A stretch of 64,000 nucleotides of DNA from Trichosphaerium sp. ATCC 40318 (GCA_038496445.1 JALMLS010000374.1:222004-286003), one strand, 5' to 3'. Positions 1-12,771 are shown, counted from the stretch's first letter. Notes: generated by a model not told the origin, from the letters alone. Program-made: numbers and translations.

Positions 1-1350
1 CAAGTTCGTCATTGATAGTTTTTGTTAATCTATTTGAGTTTTTTGCTGCCTCGATTGTCTTTGCTACTAAAAGGTGTCCAGAGCGTTGAGAACTTCTTCT
101 CTTCTGTGAGTCATTATAGCTACTCTTTGAAACCTTCAAAGCTACTTGTGCTGCGTTTGAGAAAACATAAAGGTTCTCTGAATCGAAGGTTATTCCGGCA
201 AGAACATTGTACTTTGTAGGCAATGCCAGATGAACAATACGTTTTGTCACAAGGTCAATAACAGATATAGTATTAAAACCATCGGTACAATATATCACGT
301 GAACATCCTTATCATAGTTAATGTATATCTGCTTGACGTTCTTTGGTTTTGTTAGAATATGTCTAGTATCACGTTTTTTAACATCAACAATATGTATCTC
401 GAACCCGCCTATAAATTCGAATGCCACAGCAAATACACCAGGAGATATAAAAGCCACATCCTCACAATGCCATTTACCACGTGATTTTGAGTCTTTTTTA
501 CTCCAGCAAGCACTTACACTTCCTGTAGAGTCAACTTTATAAATACCTTTTTTGCAAGCCAAATAAATATTTCCTTGCATATCTGTTGTCATCCCCATAC
601 TTCCTTTAGCGCCACTTGCTCTAATAGTTGATTCATCTACTATAAGTGATACTCCACGCCTTTTTTTAAGTACTTCTACAACGGCATCAGTGCCTATAGT
701 TGCAAATATACGATCTTGATGCGAATCAAAGTACACGATTAGAGCAATCTATTACAAAACCGTTAATGGCACTTTTTTTTTCTTACTTTTTCTTTAAAAA
801 TCACGTGCGTCATCTTCGTCGTAGTCTTCTAATCCTACTAAGATCCTAACAATACCAGTATTTATATCCATGCTAATGATACCATCATTCGACTCAGCGA
901 GTATGAGCTACATGAATAAGAAAAGGAACAAAAAGATTAAAATAATAAAAAAATCCTGTCATAGCCGGTTTTAGAAAGATGCTAAAATGCCGCTTTTACC
1001 TTTGATTTACGTATAGTAATATCGTTTATCGAATCCAGAAATATTGTTCGCCCTTTTGCGGTCTTGTAGCCTTATTTCAAATTAAGCTCAAAGATAACTC
1101 GCTAACGTACCTTTTTTCGCGCAGATATTACCTCCAATCACCTCTGCGGTGACTACTAAACGCTCTTGTTCCTGTTTGTTGTTAGTGATATTTTTATGTG
1201 TAATAGCGCACCATAGAGGTATCTCACTACGCTCAAGAAACTGTTCGGGTCGTTGATGTCCAGTCGAATTCTTGTTAGTCCACAAAAGTATTTTCGGGTT
1301 TTTTCTTTCGGTTATCTCTTTTTACTACTCGTTCTCAGCTAGCACCTTTC
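1..1350 (-). CDS. Beta-propeller (NHL/SGL-like) repeat protein, spliced; runs off the left window edge, 5' end uncertain
   Basis: Spliced minus-strand frame ...FLDSINDITIRKSK|LILAESNDGIISMDINTGIVRILVG...GMTTDMQGNIILACKKGIYKVDSTG...LAGITFDSENLYV, open to position 1. GC donor at 808 (gac|GCACGTG). Confidence 0.55.
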
Positions 1351-1495
1351 CAATGCTCGAATTTCTTTAAGTTCTTAGTTCTTATACAACACGAAGAGCA
1401 TGTTAATAGAAAAGACGACGATTTTATAAAGGGACAAGCAGTACAACTAATTTCTTTTTTTTTTGTTTTTCTGGCAAAGTTGATTTTCTTCTTCG

Positions 1496-4400
1496 TTAAA
1501 ATAGGTTGACATCACGCTTTGCCAAATTTTGGCGCCATCGTGGTAACTTGTAAAACTGATCTTTTGTAAGTTCAAACACCTCTTTAAACTCCGCATCACT
1601 CAAGTAAGACTAAAAGAAAACGTGATTAAAATCAGTGAAAACAACAAAAAAAGAAGTGCTTAAAAAAAAATGAGTGAATGGTTCTCGTACTTCTCTCTTT
1701 GCTGGATCTACAGCCTTAGGATAAGGCCTATTTATCAAGTCTTCGTATGAGAAGCAACCAGTCTCCTCTCCATCACCCTCTGCTTTCTTGGTGTTTGTCT
1801 TTTCTCGGAGACGTTCATTTTCTTCTTTCAATCTTTGAATCATGAGCTCTTGCTCAGTCATTTGGTTCTTGACCTTGCTAGCAAGCTCTTGATTTTGTTT
1901 CTCAAGAGCCTCTATCTTATTTTGCATATGTTCATAATGCTTCTTAGCGAGTTCTCCATCTACAAACACAGTAAAAAAGCGAAGAAAAAAAAAACCCAAA
2001 AAAAAAAAAAGTTTTGGAACTTACCTTGAGGTACTTCGATGATTATCTTCTTTGGAGTAACGCTAACTTGTTCTTGTAGAGCTTTAGTTGTCTTAGCAGT
2101 ATCTTTATACTCTACTTCTTCAATAGAAGGTTCATCAGACGTATCATTGTCATTTTTTTCAGTTGCTTTAAACTTATCTTCAGCAACCATATCCTTTCCA
2201 GCAGGAGACTCATTTCCATCTTCTGAAATAGTATCAAGATTGTTATTTGTTTGTTTATCAAAACTTCTAAAGTCTAATTTCTCATAATCAAGCTTGATTT
2301 GATGCTGTGTGCCGCGTCTAAAAATAGATCAAAAAAACCGAAAGACCAAAAAAGACTAAACACGAACCTATGCGATCTCCTGAACTCCATATCTGCTTTT
2401 TGACGTTCTAGCATCTCTAACTCACTGTCTGAGTCTTCTTCTTCTGGATCTTCTTCTCCAATATCGTTGTTATCGCCGTCTTCAACGTCTTCTTGTTTCT
2501 CATCCTTGCCGTACTGTAGAACAATATCTTCAGGCTCTTCTTTGTCCTCTTGCTTGGTTTTATCCTTCGCGTCATCTTCAGCGGTAGCACCATCTCCTTC
2601 ATCAGGTGATTCGTCTTTTGGAGCAGGCGTATCATCTCCTTCAACAGGGGTGTCTTCCTCAGCAGGGGTGTCATCATCTTTATCTTCACCGTCGTTATCT
2701 TCTTCAGTAGGCGTAGTTTCAGTTGCCTCCTCAACTTTATCGTCGTCCTGGGCTTGCTCTGTTTCTTGAGTTTTCTCAGTGATTTGATCTTCTACTTTCT
2801 CTTCAGCGCTCGAATTTGCGGAACCGTTGTCCTTTGTAACGTCTTCTGGTGCTAGAGTTAAGTTAGTGAGGCTCTTTATTAGCTTATTGTACCATCTGAT
2901 GTCTCAGTAGGTTTCTCTTCAGTAGGTTTTTCTGAGACATTGTTATCTTCTTCAACGTCTTCTGAATCATCCTTTTTTTTGGCTTCACCCTCAGTTGTTC
3001 CTTTCTTCTTTGAGCTCTTCTTGCCTTCTTTTTTCGATTCAACTTTTTCTCCTGGAGGAGATGTAACAGGAGAATCTCCTTCACCATTTGAGTCTTTCTC
3101 AGCCTTCTTAGAAGCGTCTAGAAGAAATGTAAGCATGGATTAACACGTGAACACACAAAAGAATTCAAACACATAGAACAAGTTGTTAGGACATGAAGCG
3201 TTTAGAAGATCGGCGATCGCGTAAAAATAAGTAATGTTGTTTTGCCATTTGTGTTGGTCAGAGTTTACACGTAAACTTAGTTTGACTTACCACTGACAAG
3301 CAAATTCTTCGATTTCTTCCTCTTGCCAGATTTATCCCTTCTCTTCTTTCCTTTACCCTTTTTTTCACGTGTTTTCTTTGATCCACTTTCACGTATTCTC
3401 TTACTACTCTTTGTTCTCCTTGTGACACTACAAACTCTGTTAAGATTTTTTGAGAAGAGAAAAAATCAAACGCTTACGGTTTTGATCCTTTCTTGCCACG
3501 ACGCTTAGCTCCTGGTTTCTTTGTTATAATATCAACCTTGAGAGGTTCAGTGGCAAGGGATTTATTGATACCCAACGCAATCGAAAACTGTGGACCAGCA
3601 GCAACAGCTGTGAACTTAAAGTTTGGATATTCTTTAAGTTGTATAGGCTTATGACTATCCTTATCGTTACCAGTACCTAGAACGTTATGTAAATTACGCG
3701 TGAATTAATGTCTAATAACTTACCAAGCTCTCCAAAAGATCCAGAACCCCAAGCCCACAAAGAACCATCAGCTACGTTGTCATCAGTTTGTTGATTTTTT
3801 CTTCAAGTTTTTTATATTTATTGTTTACCTGTGAGTGCAAGGGAGTGACCATCTCCAGAGGATGTAGCAATGAAGTTTTTGACTTCAAGAGATTTTATTT
3901 TAGTTGGAGAAGTCTTTTGTTTATCATTGCCGTGACCGAGTTTTCCTAGGTGACAAAGTTTAAAAAAAACTGTTCAAAGAAAAAAATACTCTTTACCTTC
4001 TTCGCCGTCTCCCCATGTACAAATTTCGCCATCAACTAAAGTACACAGTCAAATATTATTCACTGTTATATTTGTACCTGTTACAGCAACGGCGTGGTTG
4101 TCAGAAGCGCTTAAAGTTTGACACTTGAGTTCAGGAACTTGTTCTGGTTTCTTTACCCTCTTGCGACTTCCATGACCCAACCTTTATTATTTATCAATTA
4201 AACAAAACGTACAATCATTGACGTACTTTCCGTGGTCATTGTCGCCCCAAGAATAGACAGAAAAGTCCTCTACACAGAGTCTGTTAACACTGGCACGTTT
4301 TTTTTTGTGTTACGAAAAATTCGAGAAAAGAGAACGCGTACCAGTAATAGCATAAGCGTGTGTTCCACAGTTGTATACATTAATGAAACTTAGATTCTTA

Positions 4401-7400
4401 GTGAGGAGCCTTTTAGGTGCTAATGCCTTGTTCTCAATTCCAGAACTCCTAAGGAGATAGACAAGGTATTGAAGACCCCATCCAACCTTTCCACCCCAAA
4501 TATACAATTCTCCAGTGTCTAAAAAAACAACACGTGAGAAACGAAGAAAAGCATGAAACAAGTTGGTTACCTGATAAAGCAAGTGTATTACATTCAGCGG
4601 CTGTAACTTTAGCGAATTCAACATCTTTGATCTCACTGATACGCCAAGGCTGAAAGAGAGAGGTGATTAATGTTCTTTCAATGTTGTAGTTTAATGGTAA
4701 CCAAAGTACATACGCTGAAGTGTTGCTTTGTTTCTGGATCACCACATAGTATATCAAGGCCCCAAGAGAATGCTCCTCCATCAGCTAAGGGTTTGTTTTA
4801 ATACATGCCTTTATATTTTGGAAAAAGGTATTTTTAAAGCGTACTGCTGATAGCAGCTGAGTGATGACTGCTAGCTGAGATATCTTGGAATTTTATACTC
4901 TTTGTTACGTCGATCTGCTTAGGATTAAGTCTAGTCAACATATCTCCATGACCAAGTCTATCATTGATAAGTATTTACAACAACATTCTTTTTTTTTTTT
5001 TGTAACTCACTTTCCAGTTCCACCGTATCCCCAACTCCATATCTCTCCTTTGGCTGAAGAAAATCGTTTAGTTTTCGGCTGATAAATACAATAAAACAAC
5101 GCAATAAAAATCCGCTACTTACCTGTTAAAGCCAACACGTGAGGTTCTTCGAAGCCTCCTGTCGATATTTTTTTGAAATAAATATTTTGGAGAGAAATAA
5201 TAGGTGTTGGGCTCAATACCATCCCTTTTCCTGGTTGACACAATACAACAGGATCTTACATAAAAACATAAGACATTACAGTAACAAAACACTCTGTACC
5301 TTGACCCCACGTAAAAACATGATACTGGCTATTGTCAACAGCAGCTTTTTTCTCAGTAATCGGCTTATCTTTTTAAAGGAGTTAACAGGATACAAAAATA
5401 CTTATCACGCACCTTCAATAAACTGAAGGTCTACTTTAATGACATCTTTTTCATCGAAGTCACGAAGTAAATTAGCTATCATAGGGAATCCACGCTTTAA
5501 ACAATGTTAAAAGAGCGATTTTTTTTTCCGAAAAAACCAAAAAAGGCAGGTAGGTACCTTCTTTGCGATATCTCGAGGTGTAAGATTATTGAACATCATG
5601 TCTTTGTGAGCACCATATTTCAATAAGAACTTTACTACGCTATGATGACCATTCTGCGCGGCCACATAAAGAGGTGTTGATTTATCTCCACCTAAAAGGA
5701 GCGTTAATTAATTAATTCTTCCTTTGTACATACCTCTTTGGTTAAGATTAGCGCCCATTTGAGCGAGATATTCGACGATTTCTGAGTGTCCTCTAAGCAA
5801 ATATAAGCCGGGATTAATGAAGAATGGGATTTACCTCATGCAAGCTGCATATACAGGGGAATAACCTCTGAAAGTATCTTCAACAAAAGCGCCTTTTGAT
5901 TTATGAGAAACACAGAAACCAAGAAGACTTTCGAGCGTACCTCTGCTTACTAGAAGTTTTGTAATCTCGAGGAATCCGTTCTGGCTAGCAATATAAAGTG
6001 GTGAAGAACCATCTCCTCCCTTTACGTTTATAATAGCGCCAACATTTATTAGTTTATGAACCACCTCAACGTGACCTTTCATGGCTATAAAAAAAATATT
6101 AGAACGAGAGAGAAATAAAATAAAAAAAGTGAAGCGTGTTAACAAGTAATAGTACATACCAGCAATGTAAAGTGGAGTAAATCCTCCTTTGTAAATAGCA
6201 TTTACGGCTGCCCCATATTCTACCAATAATTGGACAATATCAAGAGCACCAAGCTGACATGCTGTAAAAATAATTAGCTCTCACGTGCTGTACAATATTT
6301 ATTGTTTTGGGTTTATTTACCAATATAAAAAGCCGTAGCGCCAGCTCTCGTTTTAGCTTCAATACTCGCACCACTAAATATTTTTAGATGCTAATAATGA
6401 TCCGAATATAAATTCTAAAATACTATGTACGCATCCAGGATAGCTTTAATAATATTTTTTTCACCTCTATGGCAAGCGATGTATAATACGGTTTTACCAT
6501 CCTTATTCCACTTATCTATAAAAGGCTTCGCCTGAATAAAATATTAAAAGGACTATTAACAAGCAAGACTGAATAAGAGGTGAATGGTAAGCAAAAAAAA
6601 GTCAAAAAACTCCAAAAAGCGAAAGCGTAATTTTGATTTGTTTGAAATCTGTTCTGCCTACCTCTGCCTGTCGCACGATCCATTTAACGGTGTCAATATC
6701 TTTCTTTAGTACGGCAGTAACTAATTGGTCTAGTGTAGGCTTAAGAGATGGTGGAAGCTCTAAAACATCAAATTGGAGTCCAGCAACCTAAAAATACTTT
6801 TTAGTCACGTGATTTTTCTGAAAATAAAAAAAAAGTCGCATTATATTCATTTGTGTAGTGCACTTACTTGCTTTAAAGTGAGCGGCCCGTTAGCTCCAGC
6901 ATAGACACATAAATCTTTAACTGTTTTCTTTGGATGGCTGCCTATAACACCGAAATAATCGCCTTGTATTGTAATAAAGACCTCCCCTTTATAACAAACG
7001 TCATTGTTTTAATACTTTACAGCTAGTATAGAGTACCTGTAGCGATTTTTAACCCTATACCGATGATAGCACCTACGTAAAGTAGTTAACGAATTATGTA
7101 CTTCAAATCAAAGCAATGGTTGCGAGGTAGTTACACGTATGATTTACGTACCGTTTTCTCCCCATGGCTGCGAGAATTTTACAGGGTTCTTTACGTTACT
7201 TTTAAAACCGTCTGATGATAATGCTATCAAATTGGAAGTACTACCTGATGCTAAAAGGGAGAGCGAGTAAGTTGGTTTTTTTTTTGTAGACTAGTAATGC
7301 TTTTCAATTAAAATAGCCTATTAGCGTAGACAGTGCCCTGTGTAAAGCATTTCTGATGTGAATTCTATAAAACTATTCTAAAGTGCTAATACGTACCAAC

Positions 7401-7746
7401 GCCAAGTAAAACCTTTGTCTTATTGCCTATTTCAGCTACTTCCCACTCCATGTAGGCAATATCATCGCTGGCTGTGAACGGCGAATCGCTTTTAACGAAG
7501 AGCTCTTCCTTTGTAGTTTCCGACCAGCTTATGCTCTGTCCTGATAATGCATTAGAACGTTACCTAGCGCTCGCTAACTTCAAGTTTTTTTGTTTTTCAA
7601 AACGAGCAAATATTCCAACTAGGACCGCCTATCGGCATATCACATGCCCTGTCGTGTCATAAAACCGGTTTTTAAGGCTTTCTATGTCAATTACCTTCAA
7701 TGTAAACTCCAGGGACATCGGGATCTACAAGTGTAAACTCCAGCAT
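1496..7746 (-). CDS. Multi-exon protein: SPRY + ankyrin repeats + RCC1 repeats + basic/acidic low-complexity region + coiled coil + C-terminal villin headpiece
   Basis: ATG 7746 (MLEFTLVDPD). SPRY-like AYMEWEV...IIGIGL...GEVFITIQGDYFG; ankyrin motifs (GFTPLYIA, GSSPLYIASQNG, STPLYVAAQNG); RCC1 motifs (HVFTWGQ, GEIWSWG, HSLAL, LWAWGSG); headpiece VDPAKRE|SYLSDAEFKEVF...LPRWRQNLAKRDVNLF, TAA 1498-1496. The domain junctions I checked are in frame. Confidence 0.8.
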
Positions 7747-8039
7747 TGGGAAACACTCACGCTCTTGTTGATTACTTCTATAACGTGCGGGGCTAATAAG
7801 ACACCAGAATGTGCACCAATAGCTCACAACAAGATTGAGTGTGGCAACTTCACCTCGCTTCCCTTCCCGTCAAATAATACAGTCTTAATAACGGAATAAA
7901 GGTCGCTTGGTAACTGCATTGTATAACAAAACCCTCAGTGTTGTTTTGGCATCAGTGAACACTATTTATCTATCAAAACGACGAGCAATATTATCAATTG
8001 TAGGTGTCAGTTATGGGACATAACAAATTGACACACCGG

Positions 8040-8165
8040 ATCGTTAGTGGTGATAAATGCCTTGACACCTTCATCTTTTATTAGTTTACTTTGGCGTAGG
8101 TTCATAGTATGAACACCTCACCCTCCAATACCTTGACTCCTTGATCTTGTTACATGTGCATAGGC
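8040..8165 (-). pseudogene. Decayed GVHT-type LRR gene fragment
   Basis: Minus strand reads GVHTMNLRQSKLIKDEGVKAF, flanked by stops and frameshifts; divergent from the intact LRR gene at 8458. Confidence 0.55.
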
Positions 8166-8457
8166 CATGCGTCACGCCAGCCAATATATATCAAACACGT
8201 TTTTTCAACAAATTTTCATCCTTTTTTTTTCAAAAGTATCACGTGTCAAATTGGTGTTATGTCTTTTCCTGTTGGTTGTCTATGGTAAATACTTGAAGAA
8301 GAAACACATCTGGCGTTTCAGAGCATGCAATATAAACTCCATAAGGTACATAGTTTACACTTTTGAAAAAGTACATACGTTTTACGTCGCTTTAAGTCAA
8401 ACCACTATTACAACCTCACCCAGACATTACCCTTAAAAGCGTTCTATTATCTACAAC

Positions 8458-9636
8458 ATGAGTTTAATGCAGCTACCTACAGAGATATTAGCCCACATCT
8501 TGCTTCACACAACAAAAGCGCGGTTTGTAGCTTGTCAAACGTGCCATCTCATTGCTTCAATCGTTCATGATGTTATTGGGTACGAAGAAGTGAAAATTAC
8601 AAATATCTCACAAGTGCAGCCGCTTTTAAAGCACCCCAGCACTCTTCGGAAAACAAAAATCTGCCTACATGGACTTTGTTTTAATGATAACATTATCAAG
8701 CTATTTGCTGGCGCTCAAAATATTAACTTTAGCGAGACTGCAGTGACGGACAAAGGTGTCAAAGAACTCGCTGGAGTTCATACTATTCATCTCAATCACA
8801 GTAAAGTTACTGATGAAGGTATTAAAGCACTTGCTGGAGTTCATACTATTTACCTTCAAAAAACGAGAGTAACTGGTGAAGGTATTAGAGCACTTGCTGG
8901 AGTTCACACTATTTCTCTCCACGGATGTAGGAAAATAACTGACAAAGGTGTCAAAGCACTTGCTGGAGTTCATACTATTCGTCTCAGTTTCACTCCAGTA
9001 ACTGACAAAGGTATTAAAGCACTTGCTGGAGTTCACACTATTTTCCTTCACAGTTGTAGCAATGTGACAGATGAAGGCGTTAAAGCGCTTGCTGGAGTAC
9101 ATGAGATACACCTTAGTGGAACCTCAGTAACAGATGAAGGTGTCAAAGAACTTGCTGGAGTTCATACTATTCATCTCAATCACAGTAAAGTAACTGACGA
9201 AGGCGTTAAAGCACTTGCTGGAGTACACACTATTTTTCTTAGTGGTTGTGAGAATGTTACAGATGAAGGTGTTAAAGCGCTTGCTGGAGTACATGAGATA
9301 CACCTTAGTGGAACCTCCGTAGCAGATGAAGGTGTTAAAGCACTTGCTGGAGTTTACGCTATTTTCCTTTGTGGATGTAATGTTACCGATGAAGGTGTTA
9401 GAGCACTTGCTGGAGTTCATACTATTTCTCTCCACGGATGTAGGTATATAACAGACAAAGGTGTCAAAGAACTTGCTGGAGTTCATACTATCCACCTCAA
9501 TTACACATCAGTAACTGACAAAGGTATCATAGCACTTGTTGGGGCAAGACTTATTACTGCCCTTAGAACTGCTGTAACTAAAGAAGGGGCTAAATCTTTA
9601 AAAGGGACTAAGGTTATTAGTAACCATCGCAAATAA
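8458..9636 (+). CDS. F-box + leucine-rich-repeat protein ('TDEGVKALAGVHTI' repeats), intronless
   Basis: N-terminal LMQLPTEILAHIL...CQTCH F-box-like motif; about 13 tandem 22-23 aa repeats, many nearly identical at DNA level. Confidence 0.9.
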   Translation: MSLMQLPTEILAHILLHTTKARFVACQTCHLIASIVHDVIGYEEVKITNISQVQPLLKHPSTLRKTKICLHGLCFNDNIIKLFAGAQNINFSETAVTDKGVKELAGVHTIHLNHSKVTDEGIKALAGVHTIYLQKTRVTGEGIRALAGVHTISLHGCRKITDKGVKALAGVHTIRLSFTPVTDKGIKALAGVHTIFLHSCSNVTDEGVKALAGVHEIHLSGTSVTDEGVKELAGVHTIHLNHSKVTDEGVKALAGVHTIFLSGCENVTDEGVKALAGVHEIHLSGTSVADEGVKALAGVYAIFLCGCNVTDEGVRALAGVHTISLHGCRYITDKGVKELAGVHTIHLNYTSVTDKGIIALVGARLITALRTAVTKEGAKSLKGTKVISNHRK

Positions 9637-10213
9637 ACTCTGGGTCCCATTGTTCCATGTAATCCCATCTCTTATACAACGTGGATGTAGAATGGAAATT
9701 TTAGTTGACAAGATAAGTCATGTATTCACAAAAAACAGTTGATTCTCAGCCCCGAAACGAAATACGAAGATGGTGGTCTATAAAGTCTGACAGCACTTTC
9801 GGATATAACTCGAACTAATGCAATATGGCAAAAGAGCACTGGCCTCATGGAGCAGGAGTTGATCCATAAGGTATGGCCTAAGAGAAAAAGCTCATCAGCG
9901 AGGAGCTTAGCTGCTTCATGAGAACAATTTTAGAAAGAGATGCTCAATAAACGACAAAGGTTGAGTGTCCGACTGGAACTCAGTTGAGCTTCCTAAAAAA
10001 TAATACATAAAAATAAATACTATAAAAAGCACAGGGGCGGAAGGTCACTCCTTCACTGTTACGGTCCATCAAGTAGTTGTGTCCTCGTCATATATACACG
10101 TGGAAGATTGGTTTGGTGCAACTCCAAATGTCAACCCTTAGTGAGCACCAATGTAGGCTTGCTTAAGAATGGTAGTCCTGGCGTAGACAAATAACAGTAA
10201 AGTAGATGCTCAA

Positions 10214-10372
10214 TATTGTCCGTTTCAGTCAAGTTAGTCAACCCGTTATTTCGCCAGTTATTTTTCGCTCTTCAAGCAGTTTATTTGTATTATAGTACGC
10301 ATTGGAGCACTTATGTCGAAAAAAATAACTGGCGAAATAACGGGTTGACTAACTTGACTGAAACGGACAATA
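10214..10372. mobile_element. MITE-like foldback element with 52-bp perfect terminal inverted repeats and TA at both ends
   Basis: 10214-10265 (TATTGTCCGTTTCAGTCAAGTTAGTCAACCCGTTATTTCGCCAGTTATTTTT) is the exact reverse complement of 10321-10372; 55-bp spacer; TA...TA fits a Tc1/mariner-type target duplication. Confidence 0.8.
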
Positions 10373-10606
10373 AAAAGCAGTATTTCGTATTGTACTGTCA
10401 TATTATTCAAAACGTTTTCGCACGTGATACAGCTATACGTATTGTTGGAGTACCAACATTGATATAGTGTTACACTGCCATAACAGATTCTGTGGAATTC
10501 GTTTATTACTAAAATACCGCAGGACGTTTAAACAAAGAATAGTTTAAGTGAACAGCAACTTAATCCTATTCGGTGTTAGTACAATACCCAACCTAAAACC
10601 TCCACA

Positions 10607-11103
10607 ATGAACCAAAAGGTCAAATCAAAAGCTAGTACAATAGTTAATGCAACAGTAAATATTACAAACGACCTACCTAACGGCCCATACGCTCAAATAA
10701 AATCAGGAGGAAGCAATATGCCTATGGCAGCCGCGTTTATGTGTATCCACCCATAATTCGAGTTTTAAACCCGAAAATTAACGATTGTTACGTTTTCTTA
10801 ACAGAACGACTAGCACCGGCATTAGAGGTGTTTGTAGCTGAAAGTAGCCTATGTAGAGACGCAGCACAGGCCGTTGTTAATTGTATACAACGATCTCAAG
10901 GCCAAATGACCTCAAACATGAGGAATACCAAGATTGAAATGCAATCTACCCCTACTGTAACTCAGGTAATATTTAAAGGAGGTGTGCTAGAATTGGAATG
11001 TCAACTTGGCCCATTCGGTGTAAAAAATGGAGATTCTCTTGAAATGCATGTTTCTATTGCGTCTGTTACTAAAATTAAACAAAAACCTTGCTCTGTAATG
11101 TAG
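10607..11103 (+). CDS. Small hypothetical protein with C-terminal CaaX motif (CSVM), one intron
   Basis: ATG 10607 MNQKVKSK...AAAFM, intron 10743-10813, then SPALEVFVAE...KIKQKPCSVM*. Basic residues precede the CaaX. Confidence 0.65.
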
Positions 11104-11424
11104 TCAAAGAGTGTAGGGTACACAGTGATAGCATATCATAAGACAATTTGTAGCACAATAAATAGAAACACATCTTTACAAAATAAACTAAAATGAACAA
11201 AAAAGTCACGTGACAGATTTTTTTTTGATGTATACTCCCTGCGTTAGATAAACAAGCCCAGCTTACAATTATTGATGTTACATAGATTGTTGTCAAGTAT
11301 CTTTAGAATTACGCCTTTTGAAACACGCTTTAGCACATTAGTAAACCTCGCGAGAGTCCAGCTAAGAAATTCTGACAAATGGTAAAAAGATGAATGTGCG
11401 TTTATTTTAAAACTGGTGCAAGGT

Positions 11425-12771
11425 TTACAAGAGAAGTAAAAGCGCAGAGCAAATCAATACAAAGAAGACAGAAACAGTGGTCTGGATTGATCCGGAAGGA
11501 GGTGTAGTTCCTGTAGAAGGAGCTGGTGTTGTAGGTGGAGGTGTTGGAGATCCAGCGTCAGCTAGCACAATTGTTTGAATGCCGGCTGCGTTGGCTGTTA
11601 GGATAGCTTCTGGCACAGGAAAGAAACCAAATTCCTCTGTACTATTCTGACCTTTAGCAGATAGCGCATACTCAATAAACTCAACAATAAGTTGACCTTG
11701 TTCACGTGTCAAGAAACTTAAATCCTCGTAGATTAAAAAGTAACTGAACGTTGTGACTGGCCATACGCCGGAACCAGGTTGGTTGATTAGAGTGAGCTCG
11801 TCCCATTTGTCTGAGTTTGAAGGAGGTAAGTTGTTTAAATCTTGAGCTACTGCTTCGACATTTGCTTCTTCAGCTGTAAGGAACTCTCCTTCTTGGTTTT
11901 GAAGAGCAGCTTCAACGAGTCTGTTTGTTCTACCAAAACCAACATCGACATATCCGATTGTATAAGCGTTTGCTTTTAGAGCATCTGACATTGCGCTCGA
12001 TCCTTCAACTTCAGTTGTATTAGCTGGAAAAGGGAGTTCTTTGCCTGTTCCCAATACCCAGACGCCAGGAGCAGCACTTGCGAGGTATTCAGAAAGATTA
12101 TTTGTAGATGAAGACCCATCTTTACGACGAACAACAAGAATAGGTTGGTTAGCATCTACAGTGAACCCAGGGTTGTCAGCCTACACGAGAACACGTTAGA
12201 AGACCAACTAATTAATAAAAAAAAGAATAAAATAAATTTCAAAAGTCACGTGACTTGCCATTATATCAGGGTGATCCCAAGTAGTAATATTCCTTTGAAA
12301 AATCTTTGCGGCGACTGCAGCAGTAAGATTTAATGTTCCACTGAGCCTTTCTGAAGGTACATTGTGGAAAATATTGACGGCACCCAATAGAAAAGGGATG
12401 TGAAGTACTTTTGTATCACCAAGTTGTACGTGTTCATCGTCATTCAGTGGTACATCAGCAGCAGCCCAATCGTTGTCTCCTACAAAATTATTAAAAAAAA
12501 TCAAAAAAAAGATTCTTTAAGAAATGTCTTTCATCACGTGCTGGTTGTTTTACTTACTTGCTAACAGGTCTGCGATACCTCCACCTGATCCAATTGCTCG
12601 GTAATCAATCGTAGAGGTGGGAAAATTTGTTGATTGGGCCTTGTAATCAGGAAACCAAGCGTCGGTAAAGAGACGGCTTGGGTTTGTAGTTCCCGAGCCC
12701 TCAATTGATACCTGAGCTACTGATCCTGCGATAAACGCTATCAATATGATGTTTAATGCTGTTGAAGCCAT
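11425..12771 (-). CDS. pstS: PstS-type phosphate-binding protein with signal peptide and GPI-anchor-like C-terminus, two introns
   Basis: IEGSGTT, YRAIGSGGGI, ITTWDHPDI, VVRRKDGSSST, IGYVD, LQNQEGEF, WPVTTFSYFLI are PstS motifs. Introns 12557-12480 and 12258-12181 (GC donor). P/T/S linker followed by a hydrophobic tail. Confidence 0.85.

Noticed and set aside
1340-1402. In-frame TAA near a candidate start as stop-codon reassignment
   Set aside because: All other reconstructed genes read with the standard code and end at TAA, TAG or TGA; more likely a wrong first exon.
8701-9495. Ser/Asn-rich repetitive antisense ORFs (also 42199-42618 and 49137-49481)
   Set aside because: Shadows of the LRR repeats on the opposite strand.
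8740-9530. Regular 66-69 bp repeats resembling a CRISPR array
   Set aside because: In-frame protein repeats inside a eukaryotic CDS; the variable parts recur and there are no cas genes.
9740-9900. Faint tyrosine-kinase-like relic (IKSD..FG..ELMQYGK)
   Set aside because: Needs several frameshifts; too degraded to support by eye.
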